Shown piece after piece: positions 52,994 through 61,165 of a DNA stretch of 64,000 bases; within the stretch, counting starts at the first letter, position 1; each line of letters starts with the position of its first letter. The position numbers and the translations under genes are program-made. The DNA lies in contig SVTR01000008.1 in assembly GCA_015063685.1 (NCBI GenBank), positions 1,451-65,450 on the forward strand, given 5' to 3'. The notes under the pieces are model-generated. The model was not told where the DNA came from. It saw only the letters and a program-made list of their open reading frames with translations, and did no database searches. The DNA is from Oscillospiraceae bacterium (GTDB lineage: Bacteria; Bacillota; Clostridia; Oscillospirales; CAG-272).

Positions 52994-55789
52994 TTATTCG
53001 TCTTTCTTCTTGACGTTCTTCTTGGCCAACGTCCAAGCAGCGGCGATGGTCAACAGACCCACAGAGGAAGAAATGACAGAACCGCAGCCTTGATCGGATA
53101 CAGTTTGGGTCTCTTCGCTTGTTGCGGCTTCAGTGCCGGTGGGAGCGATAGTACCATCGGTTGCACCTTCCGTAGCGGATTCGGTTACGGCTTCAACCTT
53201 GGTTTCAGCATCGGTGACAGCCTCGGTTTCCGCTTCCGTTTCTACAATATCCTCGGTGACAACCTCAGCTTCAGCATCGGTGGCAGCCTCGGTATCCTCA
53301 GAGGGCTCAGTCTCGGGCTCTGCGTCGGGGGTAGTCTCGGGCTCGGTTTCGGTATCGGTGACGTTACCGGTAGCGTTTGCCTCGGTGGAGATATAGCTGT
53401 ACTTGAAGCGTGCGCCGGGAGCTACGTCGCCGGAGATGTAGAAGTCCATGATATCGCCGGAGAACTTGGTGTTGTCACCCTCGTCGTGGACGTTGTCGGT
53501 CCAAGCGAAGTTGATGGTGTAGTCGTTGCCGGAAAGACCCAGATCGGACTTGGCCACCTTCACGGTCATGTAGCGGCCGTCCACCTTGTACTCGCAGTCA
53601 GCTACCTTTTCGGAAGCGTAACCCTCGCCGGTGAACTTCTCCAGCACAACGGTGCTCTCGGAAGCGGCGGACTTGTTGATGACATATTCAAAGGTCTCCC
53701 AGCCCTGATTGGCCTGGTCGGAGTCGATGTAGAGGGTCATCCACAGGTTGTCGGTATAGGGGGTGATGTCCTCGGCACACTCCACGTGGAAGTAGACGTA
53801 CTCGTCATCGCGGGCGATCTGCGCGCCGATGATATCATTACGACCGGAGGTTTCGGTGTAGTGGAGAGAACCGTAGCCGTCGGCGTCACGATCCTCAGTG
53901 TTGCCGATGTAGGCGGCGTAGTAGGGTTCAACGGATGCCCATTGATCCTGACCCGCGTTCAGGTCGATGGTGGCGTTCAGGCTGGGGGTAGGGATGGGAC
54001 TCACACCCTTGTACTTGCGGACGTAGTTGACGAGGAGGTAGTAGTAGTGATCCTTCAGCGCGCCCTTGGTGGGCTCGATGTCTCGGGAATACTCGTCATT
54101 GAACTGATCGGGGAAGGCGTTCTCACTGCCGCCCCATTCCTCATGGCGGCCTGCGGTCCACTCGTTCCAGCCCGTGATGAAGATCACCCGAGGATCTACA
54201 TCCAGGGCATAGTCGAACTGCTCCGAGAAGTTGTAGCCCCACTTGGAAGCATCGGCACCCTCGGTGAGGTAGCGGTTCTCAAACTTGGAGCTGTAGGAAC
54301 GTCCGATGACGAACTCGCCCTCGTTCATGGCGGCGATGTTGTGGGTTTTGTAGTTGTGGTTGACGGCTACGCCCACAGTCATTTGCTCAATGTTACCGCG
54401 CTTCAGATCTCCCTCTCGCACGGCGTAAAGAGCCTGGGGATAGGTGGACAGCCAGCCCCATTGTTTGGGACTTGTACCTTCCACCAGGTAGCCGGGCTGA
54501 CCCGGGCGCCAAGTGAAGAAGCGGTTGATCTCCTTGCCGAGGTTGGTGGTGGAGGGAATGTTGTTGGGGTAAGCCATCAGCATGGGCTTGCCGTCCCAGT
54601 AGAACCACAGGTTTTGGTACTTGTCTCTGCGGTAAATGTCCTGATAGATGGCCTCGATCTGCTCTTTGGAGCCGTCTGTGGGGCCGAAGGGCAGGAGGAA
54701 GGATACCTTGGGGACGTCCACGGCACCGTTGATCTGCGCGTCGCTCCAGGTCTCGTACAGAGGGATGTAGCTGGTGCGCCATGTGAAGTTGCCGTTGGTG
54801 TTGTCGGTGAAGATGGTGTCCACGCCTGCGTTGGCGAGTAGCTCGGCCTGCTTGCGCAGCACCCACGCATCGTTGGTTTTATAGTAGCCGTAAATGGGCT
54901 CATTCCAGAAGTAAGCTGTGCCCGAGGTAGGCCAGGCGGGATGGTCGTAGTCGTTCTTTGCGTCGGGATGCTCCTTGATAAAATCGTTGATGTTGAGGGG
55001 CTGGTTGCCGCCCAGATCGGCGTGCCAGGTCCAGTAGAACATGGCCACGGTCTTGTCGTCCTTGACTCCGCCCACGTCCTCGTAGGTGAGGGAGGTGCGG
55101 CCGAGACCGTCGGTAAATACCCAGGTGTCGGGCATGACCTTGTGGGTGTTCAGCAGGCTGCCCTCGGGGATAACGTACTCCTCGGGAGCGGTGTGATTGC
55201 CGTCAATGGCTGCAGAAACACTGGTCATCTCCAAAAAGGGTACCTTGGGGGTCTTTGTAAAGGAGACGTTGACCTCCCAGTCGAACTGGGATTCCACACC
55301 ACCCTCGTATACGTAGCCGTGGGCGGTGGCTGGGGACATCTGCCATACGCCTACCTGACCATCGACGTCCTTGATGACCAGCAGATACTCTCCTGCGGGC
55401 TGTGCGTCAAAGGTGAGGGCATTGTGGGCGTTGTCCACGAGGGGCTCGAATCGCTTGTCCGCGATGGGCTCGCCTGCGATGGTGGTCTCGTAGTCGGTGT
55501 TCCATTTGTAGAACGCCAAGGTAGCAGCGGAATCCTTCGTAGACCAGGTGGGCATACAGACAGTCACCTTGTTGAAGGGGGCGCCGTAGGACAGACGCAA
55601 ACCCATGCTGGAGCCTTCGCCCACCTGCTTGGGGGTGTGGGAGTTGATGGCGGAGGCCTCAAAGGCACCGATGGTCGCTGCCTTGTCGGAGGCGATGTTA
55701 TCCTCGCCTGCCGCGGTGAAGGGAACGGCGGTGATAAGCAGTATCAGGGCGAGGATCAGGGGGAGAATGCGAATACCAAAACGTTTCAT
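52994..55789 (-). CDS. Secreted, C-terminally anchored glycoside-hydrolase-like protein (paralog 2)
   Basis: Colinear with the 49971-52787 product (same motifs, for example IFITGWNEWTA and FPDQFNDEYSRDIEPTKGALKDHYYY). It has a signal peptide, a TE-rich stalk, QGCGS, a TM helix and a basic tail. Confidence 0.8.
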   Translation of the reverse strand: MKRFGIRILPLILALILLITAVPFTAAGEDNIASDKAATIGAFEASAINSHTPKQVGEGSSMGLRLSYGAPFNKVTVCMPTWSTKDSAATLAFYKWNTDYETTIAGEPIADKRFEPLVDNAHNALTFDAQPAGEYLLVIKDVDGQVGVWQMSPATAHGYVYEGGVESQFDWEVNVSFTKTPKVPFLEMTSVSAAIDGNHTAPEEYVIPEGSLLNTHKVMPDTWVFTDGLGRTSLTYEDVGGVKDDKTVAMFYWTWHADLGGNQPLNINDFIKEHPDAKNDYDHPAWPTSGTAYFWNEPIYGYYKTNDAWVLRKQAELLANAGVDTIFTDNTNGNFTWRTSYIPLYETWSDAQINGAVDVPKVSFLLPFGPTDGSKEQIEAIYQDIYRRDKYQNLWFYWDGKPMLMAYPNNIPSTTNLGKEINRFFTWRPGQPGYLVEGTSPKQWGWLSTYPQALYAVREGDLKRGNIEQMTVGVAVNHNYKTHNIAAMNEGEFVIGRSYSSKFENRYLTEGADASKWGYNFSEQFDYALDVDPRVIFITGWNEWTAGRHEEWGGSENAFPDQFNDEYSRDIEPTKGALKDHYYYLLVNYVRKYKGVSPIPTPSLNATIDLNAGQDQWASVEPYYAAYIGNTEDRDADGYGSLHYTETSGRNDIIGAQIARDDEYVYFHVECAEDITPYTDNLWMTLYIDSDQANQGWETFEYVINKSAASESTVVLEKFTGEGYASEKVADCEYKVDGRYMTVKVAKSDLGLSGNDYTINFAWTDNVHDEGDNTKFSGDIMDFYISGDVAPGARFKYSYISTEANATGNVTDTETEPETTPDAEPETEPSEDTEAATDAEAEVVTEDIVETEAETEAVTDAETKVEAVTESATEGATDGTIAPTGTEAATSEETQTVSDQGCGSVISSSVGLLTIAAAWTLAKKNVKKKDE

Positions 55790-55814
55790 GATGTTCTCCT
55801 TATTTTATTGAATT

Positions 55815-58694
55815 TCAGAAGGAATTCAGGATCTCCTGCAAGCTGTCCGCGATGACCTCATCGGCCACTTTCTTTTTCATAAAGATCTTGTTGCCCATGG
55901 GATTTTCGACGAAGCGGGTGGCGTCGGGCAGATCGGGGATCTCGGCGTAAAATTCCAGGTCACCGGGGACGTCGAGGTCATAGAGATCACAGATACCCAA
56001 CGCGGCGAACTGCACGGCGGTAAGGTCGTAGGAGGCGTTCTGACCCTTGACGGCACCCTCCCAGTTCCAATCCTTGGTGTAGAGATGATAGGACATGGGC
56101 AAGGGGTCGGCCATGATGGTCTCGGGATTGGTGATATGGCCGTAGCCTGTCTTGACGTTCACACCGATGTGGAAGTCGGAGAGATAAATGGCAGTAGGCC
56201 AGCTTGCAAAGACCTTCTCAGCGGACTTGTAGTCGCTGACCACGTTGCATTCTCGACCCTGGGGCAGGGTGGCGGCCATGCTCACCAAGGCGTAGACCTT
56301 GGCCTTTACCAGCTCCATGCCGGTGAGGGGGCTGATGTCGTCAGCGGGGCTATCCAGGAGGGCGGCCAGATTGTTGAACATACCGATGGAGATGACCATC
56401 ACCTCGCCGTCACGGGCGGCGGCGAGACGCTTGCGGTAGAAGGTGATCTCGTCGTCCACGGGGAGGGTGCCGTTTCTGTAGGCCTCGGAGTGGGCCTCGG
56501 CTACGGCAACGTTGTACTTACAATGCTCGGCGCTATCCATAAAGCCCTCGCCGTGCCATTGCCCCAGGGGAGGAGTCTCCATGCCGCAACGGCGGCAGAC
56601 AGCGTCGATGACACCGTTGCCCCCCTTATTGGAGGTGCAATTGCAAATACCGCCAATGGTGAAGTTGTACTTTTTGGCGTAATAGATGAGGACGGCCAAA
56701 GCGCCTACGTCATCACAATCTGGGCCGATATCGGTGTCCAGAAGGACGGTGCGAGGGACTTTGCACAGGGCTTCAAAGGCTTTGATTTTTTCCATGGCGA
56801 GAGTTTCCTTTCTTCTTTGGGATTCTTTGTTTTTAAGATTTTGCAGAGTGACAGCAGGGCAGGGAGCGACCCGCATCGTTTTCCCTGGGGACGGATGGTC
56901 GGTGTGCGGGAGAGATGCTTGCTCTCTTTGATAAGTGTGACCAATAGGCAACGCGCCCCGTGGAGGTATCCCCTCCGTTATAAACCCGAAGGGGAGAGGC
57001 TCTTCCAATAAAGCCTTGTGGGCTTCAAACAGTCCGGCGCACACGGCTGCGTGGGGGGTGTTAAGGTGGGATAAAAGCGCCAAGGTATTGCGGCCGTTCA
57101 GGCTGTGAACCGCGGTTTGTCCGTCGCGTGCTGCTGATGCCGCCACTTGGAGAAATCCGCGAATGTCTTCCCATGAGGGATTGGGCGCAAGGGTCATAAG
57201 ACTCAGCGGACGGTCGGGAGTAGCAAGGGTGTTTGCTGCGGGACAAGGTGAAACCTCAGTATACGCCGCCAGGGAAAGGATCACGGAGATGTCCTTGGAT
57301 GCCTCGGCGGTGCTCTTGAAAAGAATTTCGGGATAGGTCAGGGGAATGCCCAGCTCGGTGGCGGCGCGGTACAGACCGCAGAGAGCAGACAAAAGCAAGG
57401 GGGCGTCTGCGGTTCCGTCAACGTATAACACGGGAGACATTCTGATCCGATGATGAGGAATGCCTACGGCGGCCATCTCGCAGGCCAAAGCCAAAAGGCT
57501 TTGGGCGGTGGGGGTGAAGCCGTCAGAGGCGCGTCCCTTCAGATACAGCATAGAGGATGCGACGGTGCATCCCGTATGTTCTACGGTTTCGGGTAGTGAG
57601 ATGGGGGTGTGCTTGAGGGGGATACTGCCAAGAGGCGCGGGAACGGCCAATTCATAAGAGCGGGTGTCCGGGGGGAAATTTCGGATGACCGATAACGAAA
57701 GATGCACCGACACGCCTCCCTGCGACACCACCGTGAGATATGGTTTTTTTGTGACTGTTCCCAAAAGCACGGGGACAAAGCCGATCTGTGACAGCTCCGT
57801 CATCAGCGCGGTTTGCATAGAGGCGGGAACACAGAACAGGGCGTAAGCCGAGTGGCGAGGCGCGGGGGTTTCCCAGGCTTCTATGTACCTCGTGATTTGG
57901 CTATCCGAGGGAGCGAGGGCTCTGTCGTCGGAAAGCAACGTGTCCAACATGACGGATAGACCGCACTCGCCGCACATATCGAGGGCTGTTTGCAGCACCG
58001 AGTCATGGCTGACGGCACGGAAGGAGTGCAGATGAGATACCAGCGTATGCTCGCTCAAAAACGCGGCGAGGGCTTCATACTCGGTAGGCGGCAGGAGGAT
58101 GATCACGTCATCTGCGCGGGGTGCGGCATGGATGATCTCCTGTCTGCGGCTATCCTTGATCCAGAGCTGCCGAGAGGCACCTTGGTCAAAATGCAGGGCG
58201 GCATACGGACGATAACCTTGGGTAAGGGCTTGAGGGGCGCTGGTGTCGGTGACCAGACGGCAACGCTCAATCCCCCGCTCATACTCCCCTTGACGGATAT
58301 AGGCATCGGTCAGGGAAAGGATATTCGAAAGTGAGCAAAGCTCGGGGGTGGGGGCCTTCACGTCGTCCATGCCGGCCATGATATCAGCCCAGGTGTCCAT
58401 GAGCATTTCGCTGTCGGTATAGATCTCGCCGGGGGCGATCCGCTCCGCCAAGGGGACACGGCTATGCAAAAAGTCCAGGAGGCGCAGCTCTCCACGGGTG
58501 GGATTTCTGGCTTCTCCGCTGAAAAAATAGGCCTGCAGCATCCGATACTGCGACGGGCTCAGTTGGATGCCCAGAGATTCGTTGATCTGAATGAAGTTCA
58601 TCTCGCCGGCCAAGGCGAAGGAGGGGATCTGTAGCTGGTCCTCCGGTATCATATAGGTCGGTGGGACGAAGGGGGGGAATTGAGAATAGTTCAT
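55815..58694 (-). CDS. Fusion ORF: degenerate PurL/PurM-like domain (~630 aa) plus a nucleoside-hydrolase-like domain (~326 aa)
   Basis: N-terminal LGIQLSPSQYRMLQAYFFSGEARNPTRGELRLLDFLHS resembles the PurL N-terminus but lacks SEHC. The C-terminus carries VLLDTDIGPDCDDVGAL (an IUNH-like Asp cluster). An in-frame internal ATG at 56795 is preceded by AAAGGAA. Confidence 0.7.
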   Translation of the reverse strand: MNYSQFPPFVPPTYMIPEDQLQIPSFALAGEMNFIQINESLGIQLSPSQYRMLQAYFFSGEARNPTRGELRLLDFLHSRVPLAERIAPGEIYTDSEMLMDTWADIMAGMDDVKAPTPELCSLSNILSLTDAYIRQGEYERGIERCRLVTDTSAPQALTQGYRPYAALHFDQGASRQLWIKDSRRQEIIHAAPRADDVIILLPPTEYEALAAFLSEHTLVSHLHSFRAVSHDSVLQTALDMCGECGLSVMLDTLLSDDRALAPSDSQITRYIEAWETPAPRHSAYALFCVPASMQTALMTELSQIGFVPVLLGTVTKKPYLTVVSQGGVSVHLSLSVIRNFPPDTRSYELAVPAPLGSIPLKHTPISLPETVEHTGCTVASSMLYLKGRASDGFTPTAQSLLALACEMAAVGIPHHRIRMSPVLYVDGTADAPLLLSALCGLYRAATELGIPLTYPEILFKSTAEASKDISVILSLAAYTEVSPCPAANTLATPDRPLSLMTLAPNPSWEDIRGFLQVAASAARDGQTAVHSLNGRNTLALLSHLNTPHAAVCAGLFEAHKALLEEPLPFGFITEGIPPRGALPIGHTYQREQASLPHTDHPSPGKTMRVAPCPAVTLQNLKNKESQRRKETLAMEKIKAFEALCKVPRTVLLDTDIGPDCDDVGALAVLIYYAKKYNFTIGGICNCTSNKGGNGVIDAVCRRCGMETPPLGQWHGEGFMDSAEHCKYNVAVAEAHSEAYRNGTLPVDDEITFYRKRLAAARDGEVMVISIGMFNNLAALLDSPADDISPLTGMELVKAKVYALVSMAATLPQGRECNVVSDYKSAEKVFASWPTAIYLSDFHIGVNVKTGYGHITNPETIMADPLPMSYHLYTKDWNWEGAVKGQNASYDLTAVQFAALGICDLYDLDVPGDLEFYAEIPDLPDATRFVENPMGNKIFMKKKVADEVIADSLQEILNSF

Positions 58695-60067
58695 GAAAGC
58701 TCCTTGACCTGTGATTTCGTCGTTTCTGTGGGGTCAGTGAGAATCCGGCCAATGAGAACACCGTCGCCGATCTCCATGGGCACAACGATGACCTCTTGCC
58801 CTCGGACGTCCCACGACGCGGGGGCGGTCACCTCCATGAAATCGGGGGTGTGGCCGTGGTAAAGGGCCGTGTCGGCACGGTAGGTCTCGAACAGGACGGT
58901 CAACGGCCGCCCCATTGCGACTTCCCGGGATAGGAGGGCTTGGCAGGTGTCTCTTGAGACATCGTTCAAAAGGCGGACACGGCGGTGCTTGATCTCCTCG
59001 GGAACCTGCTCCTTCATGGTAGCGGCAGGCGTGCCCACCCGCTTGGAGTAGGGAAAGGCGTGGATATGAAGAAATCCGGCGCGACGGGCAAAGGCCAGCG
59101 TCTCGGCAAATTCTTCCTCGGTCTCCCCGGGAAATCCTGCGATGATGTCGGTGGTGAATTTGACCGACGGCAGACGGGTACGCAGTCTCTCCATGGCCCG
59201 CTCGGCCTGAGCGACATTATATTTTCGTTTCATGCGTGCCAAGGTGGCGGAGCAACCGCTTTGCATGGAGAGATGAAAATGAGGGGCAACACAGGGCAGA
59301 GCGGCTACCGTATCGGCAAAATCCTCGGTGATGACCGTGGGATCCAGAGAACCGAGACGGATGCGGCCCACGTTGGGAATATCTGCTACGGCACGGAGCA
59401 GGGCGGCCAGGGTGTATTCCTTGCCCAAATCCTTGCCCCAGGCACCTGTTTCAATACCTGTGAGCACCACCTCACGGCAACCGTCGTGGGTGAGTCTCGC
59501 AACCTCGCGAACCACGTCGCAAAGGGGCTTGGAGCGCTCACGGCCGCGGGCGGCGGGAATAGTGCAATAGGTGCATCTTGACTCGCAACCGTCCTGTATC
59601 TTGACGTAGGCACGGGTGCGGTCAAAGTGGGTGATGACCATGGGCTCAAAGGGGGCATCCTCAAGGGAGGGGACGTCGATCACGGGCTCGGCGGGCTTGC
59701 CGTTTTCCATAAAGGAAAGGGCGTATCGGACGGCTTTCAGCTTTTCCTTGTTACCAACCACGGCGTCAACGCCGCTGATGTCGGCCATGAGTTTGGCGTC
59801 GGTTTCTGCGGAGCACCCTGTGACGATCACCACGGCTTTAGGGTTCTGCTTGATCAATCGGCGCACTGCCTGCCGGGATTTCCGATCCGATTCGGCGGTG
59901 ACGGTGCAGGAATTGACGATGTAGAGGTCACAGATCTCGTGGGGAGGAAGGATAATAAAGCCCGCGTCAGCCAAAGTCTCGGCCAAAGCTTCGGATTCAT
60001 ATTGGTTGACCTTACACCCCAGGGTCAGTATGGCGGCGGTGGGGGCAGGGGAGTGGGTAGATAACAT
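58691..60067 (-). CDS. mtaB: tRNA threonylcarbamoyladenosine methylthiotransferase MtaB
   Basis: Carries LTLGCKVNQYESE, NSCTVT, the radical-SAM CESRCTYCTIP and a C-terminal TRAM-like region. The ATG at 60067 follows AAGGAG. Confidence 0.88.
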   Translation of the reverse strand: MLSTHSPAPTAAILTLGCKVNQYESEALAETLADAGFIILPPHEICDLYIVNSCTVTAESDRKSRQAVRRLIKQNPKAVVIVTGCSAETDAKLMADISGVDAVVGNKEKLKAVRYALSFMENGKPAEPVIDVPSLEDAPFEPMVITHFDRTRAYVKIQDGCESRCTYCTIPAARGRERSKPLCDVVREVARLTHDGCREVVLTGIETGAWGKDLGKEYTLAALLRAVADIPNVGRIRLGSLDPTVITEDFADTVAALPCVAPHFHLSMQSGCSATLARMKRKYNVAQAERAMERLRTRLPSVKFTTDIIAGFPGETEEEFAETLAFARRAGFLHIHAFPYSKRVGTPAATMKEQVPEEIKHRRVRLLNDVSRDTCQALLSREVAMGRPLTVLFETYRADTALYHGHTPDFMEVTAPASWDVRGQEVIVVPMEIGDGVLIGRILTDPTETTKSQVKELS

Positions 60068-60085
60068 AGGGACTCCTTGGGAATG

Positions 60086-60421
60086 TAAATTGTTGTTTAC
60101 CACCTGCGGTGGGGCTTTGGCTCGGGGTAGTACATCCTGTGCCTAATGCATCACACGATAGGGGATAGGCAGGTAAATTGTTGTTTACGGGCTTCTGACC
60201 AACGTGGTCGTAGGGGCGAACTGTGTTCGCCCGTAATAAAAAGTATATTGATAACAAGGTTTTTTGGGGAACGGCGGGCGAACGCAGTTCGCCCCTACGG
60301 GTTTTCATTAATCCTCCGCCAAACAACAATTTAACTGACCAACTACCCATCGCGGTATGCGGCCTGCATGGGTTGAACATCCCCGAGCGTTGGCTGCCGC
60401 ACGGCGGCAAACAACAATTTA
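60086..60421. repeat. Complete composite element: motif - Xa arm - motif - G-family doublet - motif - Xb arm - motif
   Basis: Exact TAAATTGTTGTTTA at 60086 and 60174, and CAAACAACAATTTA at 60320 and 60408. The core doublet GTAGGGGCGAACtgtGTTCGCCC ... GGGCGAACgcaGTTCGCCCCTAC spans 60210-60298. Confidence 0.9.
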
Positions 60422-60446
60422 CCCTCCATAAAACATATTCCCCTTC

Positions 60447-60475
60447 ATTTTACCACGATATCGTGAAAATGTAAA
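60447..60475 (-). promoter_or_regulatory. Putative sigma-A promoter reading through the composite element into mtaB
   Basis: On the minus strand: TTTACA, 17 nt, then TGgTAAAAT (extended -10). Confidence 0.5.
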
Positions 60476-60525
60476 GAAGAAATCTGAAAAATATCCTCGA
60501 TTACGGCTTTTTCTACAATTTGACC

Positions 60526-60565
60526 AAAAGAAAAAATACCGGGTGACCATAAGACCACCCGGTAT
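60526..60565 (-). terminator. Rho-independent terminator of the small lipoprotein gene
   Basis: On the minus strand, ATACCGGGTG...CACCCGGTAT is followed by TTTTTTCTTTT. Confidence 0.75.
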
Positions 60566-60583
60566 TTCTTGTTTAACAAACGA

Positions 60584-61015
60584 TCATGCGCCTGCGAAAA
60601 TTTCCTGTGCCTTCGTGGAGGTGATGGGAATGATGAAGCAATCGCCATTGATGTAGCCTTCCTCTTCAGCCTCTTCGTAAGCGGAATCATCCTTCTTGCC
60701 GTCTTTGTCCTCAACGGTGAGGAAGTCCTTCAGATCCTTAGCGGAGGAGCACTTGATGATCAATGCGGTCTCCAGACCCTTCTGAACCCAAATCAGCTCA
60801 TACTTTTCCATCTTCTCCTGCTGCTCCTCGGGCATAGCACTAATCATTGCCTTTACCAAGGTGTCGTCGGAATCAATGGTGGTAACCTCCCAGTCTTCCT
60901 TCTCGAAGGCCTTTTTGATTGCGTCGGCCTTGCTTCCACCAAAGCAAGAAGCCAGGGATACGGTCAGCATGAGAGCTGCCATTACGAGCGCTAAAATGCG
61001 TACAGACTTTTTCAT
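60584..61015 (-). CDS. Small lipoprotein of unknown function
   Basis: Has the lipobox MKKSVRILALVMAALMLTVSLASC and an acidic mature part. Confidence 0.75.
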   Translation of the reverse strand: MKKSVRILALVMAALMLTVSLASCFGGSKADAIKKAFEKEDWEVTTIDSDDTLVKAMISAMPEEQQEKMEKYELIWVQKGLETALIIKCSSAKDLKDFLTVEDKDGKKDDSAYEEAEEEGYINGDCFIIPITSTKAQEIFAGA

Positions 61016-61165
61016 TTTCGATCTCCTTGTTGATATAAATTATACGAGAACTATACGTCCCGCTTGTATAAATTGTACGCCTTCATCACAAATTTGTCAA
61101 GGGGTTTTCACAAAATTGTCAAAAATTAATAATTTTTAATATTTTTTCCCATGAAGCCATTTGGA

